Below, piece after piece: positions 28,654 through 38,917 of a stretch of DNA of 64,000 nucleotides. Location of the stretch: the IMG/VR virus record IMGVR_UViG_3300034073_002120. One strand, given 5' to 3'. Position numbers and translations under genes: made by a program. Position 1 is the first letter of the stretch, and every line of letters begins with the position of its first letter. Source of the stretch: a virus (lineage: Duplodnaviria; Caudoviricetes). The notes beneath the pieces are model-generated. The model worked only from the letters and a program-made list of their open reading frames with translations. It had not been told where the DNA came from and ran no database searches.

Positions 28654-30038
28654 TATTTTTTTAATTGTTCTAATCTGATTATTTCTTCTTTTATTTTTAC
28701 GTTATATGGATTCCAATTTATATTATCTAATAACCATTTTCTATAATAAGGTGGTATTGATGCAACTGGTTTGTTTTTGTATTTACCAAATGTCATATAA
28801 ACCTTTTGTATTTCACCTTCTTCGTTTCGTTGTTCTGATAAATTGATTCCACCTTCTAAATGAATACCAATTTCGTGCATTGGAATACCTGTGATTTTCT
28901 TTTTATTTTCACCATATAATTCCCAAATACCATCATCATCTTCTTTGTAATAAAGTGCTTCAACTTTACCGAACTTATCAACTGCACCTACGAAATCCAC
29001 AACTAAACAATCTTTTTTATTGTCATGAATACGAGTTCCTCTGCCAACAAACTGATACCACCATGAGATAGAAGCAGTTGGTCTACCTGTAATCAAACAA
29101 TCTAATTCTGGGTAATCGAATCCAACCGTCAATACATTCACTTGAACTATTACTCTAATTTTTTGTGAACGGAACTCTTCGATGATACGATTACGTTCTG
29201 CAGTTGGAGTTTCTCCATGTACTACTGCAGCAGATGGAATCTTACCTGCAAGTTGTGTTGCTTGTTCGATTGTTGGAACTGCAACTAATATTGATTTTCT
29301 ATTATGTAACTCGTGAACTTTTTTAACAATTTTATCTTGTAGATTTTGATTCTCATATGCTCTTGCAATGGAATCATTTGTATATTCAGCACCAGTTGAA
29401 TTATACACCAATGCTCCTGTATCGAAATCATATGATTGATATTCTAACGGAGTCCAAAATCCCATCTTCACTATATCTTGAATTTGGGAAACGTGAATTA
29501 TATGTTTGAAAAATGCACCATGTTTAGAACGATTAGTCAACATTACTAACTTAGAATATGGACCAGTTTCACCCATATTAGTTTGTAATTTTAATGGAGT
29601 AGCAGTTAATCCTAAGACGTGAGTTGCTTTAAGTGCATCAATAAACTTTCTTAATTGTCCATTTTTATCACGCGGGTATCTATCACACTCATCGATAATA
29701 ACTTTCGTTATACCCAATTGTTTGAATTTCCAAGCAATGTTGATAATAGAACCAATCGTTGCGTAAGTAATATCACCAATTTCTTTCTCACCCATAGATG
29801 CTGAATAAATTGATGCAGTACCTCCCAACGTAATAAGTTTGTTATAGTTTTGTTCTAATAATTCTTTTGATGGTTGTATCACTAATACTTTTTCCCCAAT
29901 ACCTTTTGCAATATGGGCAATAACAATCGATTTACCGAATGCGGTTGGTGCAACGATAATCGAAGGAGCCATTTTTGGTGTTTTAAAAAATTCAATACCA
30001 ACGGCAACTGGTTCTATCTGATAATCTCTTAATTTCAT
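28653..30038 (-). CDS. SF2 DNA helicase (UvsW/RadD-like) with DUF3820-like tail
   Basis: APTAFGKS, IIDECD, GLTATP, GFDYPELD, QFVGRGTR; MTFGKYKNK. Confidence 0.9.
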   Translation of the reverse strand: MKLRDYQIEPVAVGIEFFKTPKMAPSIIVAPTAFGKSIVIAHIAKGIGEKVLVIQPSKELLEQNYNKLITLGGTASIYSASMGEKEIGDITYATIGSIINIAWKFKQLGITKVIIDECDRYPRDKNGQLRKFIDALKATHVLGLTATPLKLQTNMGETGPYSKLVMLTNRSKHGAFFKHIIHVSQIQDIVKMGFWTPLEYQSYDFDTGALVYNSTGAEYTNDSIARAYENQNLQDKIVKKVHELHNRKSILVAVPTIEQATQLAGKIPSAAVVHGETPTAERNRIIEEFRSQKIRVIVQVNVLTVGFDYPELDCLITGRPTASISWWYQFVGRGTRIHDNKKDCLVVDFVGAVDKFGKVEALYYKEDDDGIWELYGENKKKITGIPMHEIGIHLEGGINLSEQRNEEGEIQKVYMTFGKYKNKPVASIPPYYRKWLLDNINWNPYNVKIKEEIIRLEQLKK

Positions 30039-30158
30039 TTAGAAAAATATCTCCATTAAAATGATTCCCAATAACGTGGTGATTCCACCAATTATTGCAA
30101 TTGATACTAAGTTTTCTGAATCTTCAATTTGTTGTTTTGTTTTTCCTTGATTTTCCAT
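30039..30158 (-). CDS. 39-aa membrane peptide
   Basis: MENQGKTKQQIEDSENLVSIAIIGGITTLLGIILMEIFF read manually. Confidence 0.5.
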   Translation of the reverse strand: MENQGKTKQQIEDSENLVSIAIIGGITTLLGIILMEIFF

Positions 30159-30159
30159 A

Positions 30160-31059
30160 TTATTTAATAAAAGGTAATATTGCTAATTCTTTTGCTTTGG
30201 CCTCTACCATACAATCCACATCCATTCCGTATGTATTAGGAAGCGAGTTAATGTAAAGTGAATGTGCCTGTGGTTTTTCTTTTGGATTATTTTCGTGTAA
30301 CGCTTTTGATTCCGAATAATGAACGATGGGTTTAATACCATCTGGCCAAGTTGATACTGCAAGTTTCAATGCTTGTTCTTCGGATAAATCACCTGTACAA
30401 AATTGGTGGTGATGATAATCAAATACAATCGGAATACCGATTTGCTCATGTACATACATAAGGTCTTTAACTGAATACATAGATGCCTTATCATCATTCT
30501 CTATTGTTAATCGTTTTTGAACCGATTCAGAGAGTCTTTTATAGTTGGTGATAAATCTATCTAACGCAGATTTTTTATCTCCGTAAACACCATTACAGTG
30601 GATATTAATCTTATTGTAAGGAGTTAAATCTAATCCTAATAAATCAAATACTTTACCATGTAATTCTAAATCTTTAATAGTATTATCAACTACGTTTGGA
30701 TTTGGTGAAACTAATACGTTAAACGGACCGGGATGTGATGTAAGACGTAATCCATTATTCTTAGCATAAGTACCACAACCTTTAAGGATGTTTGAGATTT
30801 TAGTATAATCTGGCATATCTTCTACGTTGTATTCGGAAGCCCACGGAAACATATCTGATGAAATACGGAATACTTTAATATTCTTAGAAACATTCCATTT
30901 GATAATCTCAAATAAATCACGAGAGTTTTGTAGGGCTAATTCGGAGGCGTAAGAAATACCTTTCTGATGAAACGTTTTCTTAACCATACTACGATTGGTA
31001 GTAATTTTAGGAGATTGTTCTCCTAATGTCATATTGATACACGCGTAACCTAAATTCAT
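30160..31059 (-). CDS. uvsE: UV damage repair endonuclease
   Basis: LGYACIN, FRISSDMFPW, HPGPF, IENDD, FDYHHH, HYSES, EAKAKE. Confidence 0.92.
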   Translation of the reverse strand: MNLGYACINMTLGEQSPKITTNRSMVKKTFHQKGISYASELALQNSRDLFEIIKWNVSKNIKVFRISSDMFPWASEYNVEDMPDYTKISNILKGCGTYAKNNGLRLTSHPGPFNVLVSPNPNVVDNTIKDLELHGKVFDLLGLDLTPYNKINIHCNGVYGDKKSALDRFITNYKRLSESVQKRLTIENDDKASMYSVKDLMYVHEQIGIPIVFDYHHHQFCTGDLSEEQALKLAVSTWPDGIKPIVHYSESKALHENNPKEKPQAHSLYINSLPNTYGMDVDCMVEAKAKELAILPFIK

Positions 31060-31085
31060 ATTGTATAGTTTTACATTTTATAAAG

Positions 31086-31118
31086 CTAATATACGAATAA
31101 TATCTCAAATTACCAAAT
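31086..31118 (-). promoter_or_regulatory. Bacteroidota-type early promoter
   Basis: ATTTGGTAA...TTCGTATATTAG. Confidence 0.7.
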
Positions 31119-31119
31119 A

Positions 31120-31443
31120 TTATAAGGAAAAACTTTCCCCACAACCACAAGTTCTACTTGCATTTGGGTTTATAAATTGGAAACCTTTACCATTTAAGCC
31201 ATCCGAAAAGTCCAATTGTGTACCAACAAGATATAATAAAGATTTATTATCTACTAATATTTTTACACCCATATCTTCGATTAAAGTATCGTTAGGAAGT
31301 GGGTCAGTATCAAAAGAAAGGTCATATGATAATCCACTACATCCACCGCCCTTAACACCAACTCTTAAATAGGGAGTTTTAAAATCAGTTTCCCCAATTA
31401 GGGATTGAACTCTTTTTGCTGCAGTATCTGACACTGTAATCAT
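31120..31443 (-). CDS. iscA: A-type Fe-S carrier (IscA/SufA/HesB family)
   Basis: GGGCSGLSY, NPNASRTCGCGESF. Confidence 0.93.
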   Translation of the reverse strand: MITVSDTAAKRVQSLIGETDFKTPYLRVGVKGGGCSGLSYDLSFDTDPLPNDTLIEDMGVKILVDNKSLLYLVGTQLDFSDGLNGKGFQFINPNASRTCGCGESFSL

Positions 31444-31449
31444 ATATGT

Positions 31450-32544
31450 TTATTTTTTAATTTCTTTTTTATATTGAATAACTGCATTTTGATTACCACC
31501 CATATGATTTAACCAATAATTGATTGCTTCTCTATCGTTAATCCAACGTTCTTTTTTATTCCAATCAAACCACGGGTGTAAATAATATGCCTTACCATCA
31601 TATGGGTCTTTCCAACCATCTTTCTCATACCATTCTCTACGTTCTTCTTCGGATACAACTCCATCTTTATTAGAATCTGCTTCATCAAATATTTGTTCTG
31701 ATGATAAATTATTTTCCACTATAATTTCAGATTCTTCTTCGATTGGTAAATTTTTTCCACTATCTTCGTAAATTTGATAATTTTTTTCCACTAAGGGTTC
31801 GGATTCACCATACATATTTTTCTTACCAATCAATCCATTAAACGCAATGATTAATGCAACTGCAAGGGGGTCAAATACAATTACGATAATAAAGATAAAG
31901 AACTTAACGACTGTATTTAAATCCAATCCAAATGCTTCTGCAACGAATCGGAATCCACCTACCTCTTTTTCTAATCCTAAATTATCAGTTTTGATTTTAT
32001 TAATTGCATCATTTTCCAAAGCATTATCTTCTTGCAATTTAGCAATCTTATCATTTAGTTTAGAAATTTGTTTATCTCTATTATCAATAGAACGAAGTAG
32101 ACGTGAGTTCACTTTACCACCATCGATAATTTTACCTTGATTAGAATTGAATTCAGAAATTTGAGTAGATAGTTGTTGAATTTGAGATTCATTTTGTTCT
32201 ATCTTTGTAGTGTGAACAAGAATTTCTCTATCTACTTGTTGTAATGCTAAATTTTGTTGTTGGAACGCATTTGATAAATAACCAAAAATACCTGCGGATG
32301 TAATCATCATAAGAATACCAACTGATATAGTTAAATACCATTTGTTGAATCCTTTGATTTCATCCCACGTTTGTTTTAAGTAAGTTGCAGCAACTAACTT
32401 AGCTAATTCTAATGAACTAGCCATAATCATTACCGATGTAGATGCTCCTGCGAATAAAACTCCTAAACCTGTAACCGAAAAATAAGCAGCACATCCGGCA
32501 ACAATTATCGCTGATAATCCTACCAAATATTTAAGCCAGTTCAT
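31450..32544 (-). CDS. Multi-pass membrane coiled-coil protein with EF-hand-like motif
   Basis: Four hydrophobic helices, coiled coil, DEADSNKDGVVSEEE. Confidence 0.6.
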   Translation of the reverse strand: MNWLKYLVGLSAIIVAGCAAYFSVTGLGVLFAGASTSVMIMASSLELAKLVAATYLKQTWDEIKGFNKWYLTISVGILMMITSAGIFGYLSNAFQQQNLALQQVDREILVHTTKIEQNESQIQQLSTQISEFNSNQGKIIDGGKVNSRLLRSIDNRDKQISKLNDKIAKLQEDNALENDAINKIKTDNLGLEKEVGGFRFVAEAFGLDLNTVVKFFIFIIVIVFDPLAVALIIAFNGLIGKKNMYGESEPLVEKNYQIYEDSGKNLPIEEESEIIVENNLSSEQIFDEADSNKDGVVSEEERREWYEKDGWKDPYDGKAYYLHPWFDWNKKERWINDREAINYWLNHMGGNQNAVIQYKKEIKK

Positions 32545-32545
32545 T

Positions 32546-32725
32546 TTATGATATTGAAATAAATTCGTCTATTTGTTCTAAACCTTTTTGAATTTCTCTG
32601 ATATATTGTTTAGCTTCTTGTGGGTTAGGTTCTTTTTGACCATCAATCATTTTATCGATTAATACCACTCTTCCTTGAATAGAATTTACTAAATCAACAA
32701 TCTTTTGCTTATACACGTCTTTCAT
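32546..32725 (-). CDS. 59-aa hypothetical protein
   Basis: MKDVYKQKIVDLVNSIQGRVVLIDKM... read manually. Confidence 0.5.
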   Translation of the reverse strand: MKDVYKQKIVDLVNSIQGRVVLIDKMIDGQKEPNPQEAKQYIREIQKGLEQIDEFISIS

Positions 32726-32784
32726 AATTATATATTTTGTTTGTTACTAATAAATATTACAATATCAAAAAAAGTAGTTTTTAT

Positions 32785-32793
32785 ATATTTATA
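32785..32793 (+). promoter_or_regulatory. Putative late promoter ATATTTATA for the plus-strand island
   Basis: Motif orientation flips with gene orientation. Confidence 0.55.
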
Positions 32794-32819
32794 TATGATT
32801 TTAAAACTAAAAATAACCG

Positions 32820-33524
32820 ATGATAATTTACACAAACGGATGTTCACATACGGCAGGTCATTGTATGAAACGTGATAAAACGTGGCCAATGATTGTTATG
32901 AAAAGTATTATAGGTTCTCAAGCATATTCGACAAATATTGTACCATCTATTATTAAAAAAGATTCGCACGTATTATACAATCAAGCAATGCATGGTGCAG
33001 GAAATGATTATATATTCCATAAAAGTTTAGAAACTATTTTGGCATTGATACATAGTGGTAATAAACCAGATTATGTAATCATTCAGTGGTCTGGTCCAAA
33101 TCGTAGAATGCACTCTGATGAAGATGGTAAGTATGTATTTGTAAACCCGTGGGATAATTCACATTTAGGAGTAAAATTTGAACCTATGGGTAGTCAACAT
33201 ACATTACATTATATGTTTGCGTTACAAGAAGTTTTAAAAAAACATAATATAGAATATTGGTTTTTTAATTATATGGAATTGTCAAAATTGGTTAAAAAAT
33301 CAAATGTATATAATGAAATGGATTTAACAAGAATATTAGATTTTAATTCAAATATTACTATGTTTGATGGGTTAATAGATTTTTTTAAATTAAATGAAAT
33401 GAATTGTGATGTGGGTGGTCATCCAAATGAACTTGGTAATTATTTTATAGGTAAACATATCGTTGATAAACTTGGATATGATTGTATAGATTATTCTAAA
33501 TTTTACAATACACTATTCATATAA
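32820..33524 (+). CDS. SGNH/GDSL-fold hydrolase or acyltransferase
   Basis: YTNGCSHTAG, GAGND, GGHPNELGN; ends NTLFI. Confidence 0.6.
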   Translation: MIIYTNGCSHTAGHCMKRDKTWPMIVMKSIIGSQAYSTNIVPSIIKKDSHVLYNQAMHGAGNDYIFHKSLETILALIHSGNKPDYVIIQWSGPNRRMHSDEDGKYVFVNPWDNSHLGVKFEPMGSQHTLHYMFALQEVLKKHNIEYWFFNYMELSKLVKKSNVYNEMDLTRILDFNSNITMFDGLIDFFKLNEMNCDVGGHPNELGNYFIGKHIVDKLGYDCIDYSKFYNTLFI

Positions 33525-34078
33525 TGGATATTAAATTATTTGATAATCGAATATTAGCACCTGCTAAATGTGGTACTAGACATTTACGAAAAATATTTAA
33601 AGATAAACGTTTTGATGTAAATAGCGATAATCTTAAACAAATAACACATATTGTTATACGAAACCCATATGAACATTTTGAATCTGCAATTCATACTGAA
33701 TATGTAAATTTTAAAAACACCCATAATTCAATTCAAAATATAGAACATATACTTCGTGGTACTATAAATGAAAATGGAATAGGTCATTGGAATCCTAAAA
33801 CTTATAGATTTTTGTATTCTATTTTTATACAAAATCCATCAATACAAATTATTGAATTATCAGATTTATCTAATTTTTTAGTATCAGAAGGATATTCAAT
33901 TCCACATAACAAATCAGAATATGATTGGTCTGAATTTGGGTTTAACATATCTAAAGAATTCGTTTTATTAGAATTCAAAAATAAGTTTAAACAAGAATTT
34001 GAAATGGTAAACAAAAAATTAGAAATTGAAATGATTTATTATACAAAATTATTAAATATGAGTATAGAAATACAATAA
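33524..34078 (+). CDS. Sulfotransferase-like protein
   Basis: PAKCGT (5'-PSB-like) and IRNPYEHFES (3'-PB-like). Confidence 0.55.
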   Translation: MDIKLFDNRILAPAKCGTRHLRKIFKDKRFDVNSDNLKQITHIVIRNPYEHFESAIHTEYVNFKNTHNSIQNIEHILRGTINENGIGHWNPKTYRFLYSIFIQNPSIQIIELSDLSNFLVSEGYSIPHNKSEYDWSEFGFNISKEFVLLEFKNKFKQEFEMVNKKLEIEMIYYTKLLNMSIEIQ

Positions 34079-34122
34079 TAAAACAACCTAGTGGAGTATC
34101 ACCACCTTTTTTCAGTTTACAT

Positions 34123-34131
34123 ATATTTATA
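34123..34131 (+). promoter_or_regulatory. Putative late promoter ATATTTATA
   Basis: 20 nt upstream of the Hint-domain gene. Confidence 0.55.
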
Positions 34132-34151
34132 GAGAAGAAATACTAAGACAT

Positions 34152-36419
34152 ATGAAGGGAACATTTTTTTCAGCAGATTTTATTAAAGATACTACTGGCA
34201 ATTTAAGATTAATGGAAGTAAATACTGATACCGGTTGTGTACCAAATGGACTTTCTTTTTTAGATTACACAAATTTTATAGAAATACTATCTGCTTCAGC
34301 TATAACTGAATTACATACAATTCACAAAGAAATTCATACAGATATTGTAGCAGAATTATCACAAAGTATATTTTCAAACGCACCATTTATAATATCGTTT
34401 GATTCTACAATTGAGGAAGCTGGTACTATTTATCCAACTGCAATAACTGATAGTTCTACAAAATTTATCTTACGTTTTGCGTATGATGAAGCATCCATTT
34501 TTGATTCCGAATATGCTAAAAGTGTATTAGGACCATTACAATTATTTACAGAAAATAATGATACTGCATCAATTGTAGAATATTCGTTTTCATCATCCGT
34601 ACAAGGATTTGAATTTGATAATTTACCAAAAGATTTTAATACTACAAACATACCAGATGTGGCAGTTAAAGATACATCTGCAAATACAACACATCCAATA
34701 TCATTTTATAAGATTGGTAAATCATCTGAAACAACGGATGATAGATGGAGTGAATTCACTGGTTCATTATCCGATGATAAATTAATTATTAAATTTTACG
34801 AAGATGCTTCGGAAACAAAAGTAACATCGGTTCGTTCATTTAATATTATTTATGGTAGTAATTTAGATTTAATAAACGTTGGAAATTATACAACAGAAGG
34901 ATTATTTGTAAAACCAACATCAATTGAATACGATGATACACAAATAGCAAATGAGATTGATGTAAAACACTATTATGAATTAACAACAAATTATCCAAAA
35001 TTTACAAATGTTTATAATTGGGGTGGTATATTCGAAGAAGAAGAAATTATTAAAGCAGATGGTACTACCATATTGATTGGAAGTGCATCAGTTGGAGATG
35101 AATTTAAATCTTATTTTATAAATGGAGCACCTGATACCGATGTGGTTTCTACTTTTATGGCGTGGTCACATGCTGGTTCAGAATTACCATCTGGTTCATA
35201 TGCTACTAGTTCTGTTTTAATCAATAAAATAGAACAACCCCTTTTATACAATCTGGCATTTCATTTAACTATGGAAGATGGTTCTGAATTTAGAGCATCT
35301 GGTGGAGTTCATTTGTTAGTACATGATATTGATTTAAATTGTATTCGTTATGAATCAATAGCAAAATTAGATGAAACTAAACATCAGTTAATTAATTTAA
35401 CAGGTGGATTAATCAATATTGATTCAATTGTAATAGAAATATTAGATGGTGATTATAAAACATATATTATTGATATGGAGACATCTGATACTTATTTCTT
35501 ATCAAATGGAGAATTAAGTGTTAAGATTGTTACACATAACTGCTTCCCTGCTGGAACTAAAATTACTTTAGCAGATGGTACTCAAAAGAATATTGAAGAT
35601 TTATTATTAACTGATAAAATCTTAACATATAACGAATTTACAGGTGAAAAAACAGAAGGTGTTATTGGGAATATCGTAAAGAAAAAAGAACATCTATTAA
35701 TCAGACACAAAACTGATGATGGTAATGAAGTTAAATCTACTGCATTACATAAGTTCTATGTTAAAGGTAAAGGATGGATTGCTGCACAAGATATTACATT
35801 AAATGATATTCTAATTAATAGAAATGGCAATGAAACTATTGTAACTGAAAAGGAAACGATTGTTGGTGAGGTTGAGGTTTATCATATTTTAGATGTTAAA
35901 GATAATCACACATATTATGCTGAAAACTTATTAGTTCATAACTTTAAATATAGTGGTGGTTCTTGCTTTGTTGCTGGAACTAAGGTAGTTATGGGAGATG
36001 GTTCTCAAAAGAATATTGAAGATGTAGTAATTGGTGATGAGGTACTTTCATTTAATGAATCAACTTTACAAAATGAAGTTAAAAAAGTAATTGGTTTAAA
36101 AACTCCAATTCACAACGATTTAGTTAAATACGAATTTGCAAATCAAACTTCAATAGTATGTACGTTTGACCATCCATTCTATGTTGGTGATTTAGAATTG
36201 GCATCTTATACTCCATTCTTAACAAACAAACGTTACGAATTAGATAAAGAAGTTAAACAAATCAAAACTGGTGATATGGTTTACTTATCAAATGGTGTAA
36301 GTAGAACTGCTATTAAAGATATAATAGAGTTAGATGAGAAAGATACTCAAACTTATATCATAACAGTCGAAGATAATCACAATTTTTACGCTAACCAAAT
36401 TTTAGTACATAATAAATAA
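34152..36419 (+). CDS. ATP-grasp-like N-terminal domain plus three tandem Hint (intein-like/BIL) domains
   Basis: ADFIKDTTGNLRLMEVNTDTG; Hint1 G292-N463, Hint2 C464-N597, Hint3 C605-N754. Confidence 0.8.
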   Translation: MKGTFFSADFIKDTTGNLRLMEVNTDTGCVPNGLSFLDYTNFIEILSASAITELHTIHKEIHTDIVAELSQSIFSNAPFIISFDSTIEEAGTIYPTAITDSSTKFILRFAYDEASIFDSEYAKSVLGPLQLFTENNDTASIVEYSFSSSVQGFEFDNLPKDFNTTNIPDVAVKDTSANTTHPISFYKIGKSSETTDDRWSEFTGSLSDDKLIIKFYEDASETKVTSVRSFNIIYGSNLDLINVGNYTTEGLFVKPTSIEYDDTQIANEIDVKHYYELTTNYPKFTNVYNWGGIFEEEEIIKADGTTILIGSASVGDEFKSYFINGAPDTDVVSTFMAWSHAGSELPSGSYATSSVLINKIEQPLLYNLAFHLTMEDGSEFRASGGVHLLVHDIDLNCIRYESIAKLDETKHQLINLTGGLINIDSIVIEILDGDYKTYIIDMETSDTYFLSNGELSVKIVTHNCFPAGTKITLADGTQKNIEDLLLTDKILTYNEFTGEKTEGVIGNIVKKKEHLLIRHKTDDGNEVKSTALHKFYVKGKGWIAAQDITLNDILINRNGNETIVTEKETIVGEVEVYHILDVKDNHTYYAENLLVHNFKYSGGSCFVAGTKVVMGDGSQKNIEDVVIGDEVLSFNESTLQNEVKKVIGLKTPIHNDLVKYEFANQTSIVCTFDHPFYVGDLELASYTPFLTNKRYELDKEVKQIKTGDMVYLSNGVSRTAIKDIIELDEKDTQTYIITVEDNHNFYANQILVHNK

Positions 36420-36429
36420 GGATTTCACT

Positions 36430-36567
36430 ATGGCACAAATATATAAAACATTTACTAAAAGTGATTTGGACAACAAACAAGTTGTAACAACTACACCAAC
36501 TATAAATCAACAAGTTAATGTCATTTTAACTAATTTTATCCAATACATTAAGGATAAACATATGTAA
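36430..36567 (+). CDS. 45-aa peptide
   Basis: MAQIYKTFTKSDLDNKQVVTTTPTINQQVNVILTNFIQYIKDKHM fills the gap between two genes. Confidence 0.6.
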   Translation: MAQIYKTFTKSDLDNKQVVTTTPTINQQVNVILTNFIQYIKDKHM

Positions 36568-36581
36568 TTAAACTTACTTAA

Positions 36582-37088
36582 ATGGTTATATTTTCTAAAG
36601 AAGAGTGTGAGTATATAAAGTCATTTTATTCATTATACGATGAAGTTGATGGTATGGATACTCACACTCTGAATGGCATTCAAATAAAATTCAGAAAAGG
36701 TAGTTCTGCCAAATTTGTAACAATTGATAATTCTGAACTAAAGAATTTTCTCTTACAAAAACTTACACCCTTAAAGGTAAAAAATATACCTACCATAAAA
36801 ATTATGAAATATGGTAAAGGTGGTAGTTTGGCTAAACATCAAGATTTTTCCAAATACGGAGTTGATATAATTTACAAAACTTTATTAGTTCAATTATCAG
36901 AATCATCTGATTATATAGGAGGTGATTTAATTGTAGAAAATACTCCGCAATCTAGAGTAATCGGTTCAATAACGTCTATATCACCTACTGCGGAACATGA
37001 AGTAACTATGTTAGAAGATGGTGAACGATATTCATTAGTTCTGTTTTTACATGAAAGTGATTTTGATATTTCAAAAAATATAATTTAA
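36582..37088 (+). CDS. 2OG-Fe(II) oxygenase
   Basis: HQD, GGDL, HEV...RYSLV; ends SKNII. Confidence 0.85.
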   Translation: MVIFSKEECEYIKSFYSLYDEVDGMDTHTLNGIQIKFRKGSSAKFVTIDNSELKNFLLQKLTPLKVKNIPTIKIMKYGKGGSLAKHQDFSKYGVDIIYKTLLVQLSESSDYIGGDLIVENTPQSRVIGSITSISPTAEHEVTMLEDGERYSLVLFLHESDFDISKNII

Positions 37089-37474
37089 TGTTTAAAAAAT
37101 ATAATTTTGAATCAAGAGGAATAGGAATTATTTCATCTACATCAATTACATCCAATACCTTTATTGGTAATTACTTTACAAAATCAGAAACTATATCGAC
37201 AGAAAGTAGACTCATTTACGAAGGATGGGTTGAAACTAACCCATTAGGTAGATATTTAAATCATAATAGAATTCCAAATTGTAATTTAGAATTAGATGGT
37301 GATGCTATTAAAATATATACTAATAGAGATATTAATCAATTTGAAGAATTAACTATAAATTATTTAGATATTATCAAAATAATAGAATTACCGATGCGAT
37401 TAATAAACAAATATGGAGTATTTGATTTTGATTATATTGAAGAAAAAGTAATTATAAAACAAAATTTAATATGA
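37088..37474 (+). CDS. SET-domain protein
   Basis: GRYLNHNRIPNC, RDINQFEELTINY; ends KQNLI. Confidence 0.8.
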   Translation: MFKKYNFESRGIGIISSTSITSNTFIGNYFTKSETISTESRLIYEGWVETNPLGRYLNHNRIPNCNLELDGDAIKIYTNRDINQFEELTINYLDIIKIIELPMRLINKYGVFDFDYIEEKVIIKQNLI

Positions 37475-38214
37475 AACTAATTTATAGTTACTCCACTAAA
37501 ATGGGTAATTACGATGATAATGATTGGATATTACTTTTATACAAAGGTGCAATTACTCGTTCAAAACAATTGGGATATACTATTAAATTATATGGTTGTG
37601 ATTTTACTTATCAAAAATTGAAGGATGTAGTAGATGAATATGTAGATATTACAAATGAAGAGTTTGTTCTTACTGATGATTTAAAATTATACATACATTC
37701 AAAAGAAGACTTAGATTGTGTTACAATCGATGGTGATATAATATTAGAATCTAAATTAAATTTGCCAACTAATTGTGATATGATATATGAAATAAAGGGA
37801 GTGGTTAAATCTAAAACACAAACTAAATTTCAAAGATATTTAAATATTTTTAAAGATTATGATATTACATCTAATATAGATTATTTTAACTATAATACAC
37901 TATACGCATGTAGTGTTGGTATTCTTAAATTCAATAATAAAGAAACAAAGGAATTATTTATATCCACTTATTATAAATTTAGAAAATACTTTATAGATAA
38001 TATTAAATCAGATAATCGTCTATTTAAAAAAGATGACCCTGCAATAATTGTATGTGAATATATGTTTGCATGTTTGTTAGAAGGCACCGAATATGTTGGT
38101 AAAGAATGTAATAATATAAATGATTATACTCATTATATGTCATTAACTAAATTTACACCTACCGCATGGAAACATGTTGATTCTATCTTAAATCCTACAA
38201 CTAAATTGTTATAA
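37471..38214 (+). CDS. GT-A-like nucleotidyl/glycosyltransferase-like protein
   Basis: TIDGDIIL DxD motif, YTHY; paralog of the next gene; ends TTKLL. Confidence 0.5.
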   Translation: MKLIYSYSTKMGNYDDNDWILLLYKGAITRSKQLGYTIKLYGCDFTYQKLKDVVDEYVDITNEEFVLTDDLKLYIHSKEDLDCVTIDGDIILESKLNLPTNCDMIYEIKGVVKSKTQTKFQRYLNIFKDYDITSNIDYFNYNTLYACSVGILKFNNKETKELFISTYYKFRKYFIDNIKSDNRLFKKDDPAIIVCEYMFACLLEGTEYVGKECNNINDYTHYMSLTKFTPTAWKHVDSILNPTTKLL

Positions 38215-38915
38215 TGAATTTAATATATACATTTGATAAAACTGTAAATACAGATTCACATAAAATAGATGTATTAAAATCGTATTATACGAATAGCATT
38301 AATTCTGCTAAACTATTAGGATATAAAACTGAATTATATTCTAATTGTGATTGGTTTGATGATTTAGTAGATATTAAACATATAATAACCGATGAATTTG
38401 TTTTTTGGGATGCATTCAAAACTATACCACTAAATAGAAATGATGATTATATATTAGTAGATGGTGATGTTATATTTCATAATAGATTACCAAAGTTAGA
38501 TGATTCAGTAGATGTATATTTTGATGGATGGGAGAGTTGGTTAAGTATTTATGATGATTGTGTAAATGAATTAGATGGGTTAGGTATATCGGATATAATA
38601 CCTGAATGGAAAGTCGAAAAACAAAGAGTTATGAACATAGGAACTCTTAAAATTAATAATAAAGAATTAAAAGAATTATATTTAGACAGATGGTTTAAAT
38701 TATATGAATTTTGTAAAGTTAGAAAAGATACTTTAAAAACATTTGATTTATGTTGTACCATAACATCTCAATATCTTTTAACGTTATTATCAAATCAATA
38801 TAATATTCATAATTTTTCGGATAGATTACGAGTACCAAATAGTTATTATACACATTATGTAGGTAAAGAGAAATATAATTTACCGATTCCGAAAATCAAT
38901 AAAACGCTGATATAG
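38214..38915 (+). CDS. GT-A-like nucleotidyl/glycosyltransferase-like protein
   Basis: LVDGDVIF DxD motif, MNIGTL, YTHYVG; ends NKTLI. Confidence 0.5.
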   Translation: MNLIYTFDKTVNTDSHKIDVLKSYYTNSINSAKLLGYKTELYSNCDWFDDLVDIKHIITDEFVFWDAFKTIPLNRNDDYILVDGDVIFHNRLPKLDDSVDVYFDGWESWLSIYDDCVNELDGLGISDIIPEWKVEKQRVMNIGTLKINNKELKELYLDRWFKLYEFCKVRKDTLKTFDLCCTITSQYLLTLLSNQYNIHNFSDRLRVPNSYYTHYVGKEKYNLPIPKINKTLI

Positions 38916-38917
38916 TT

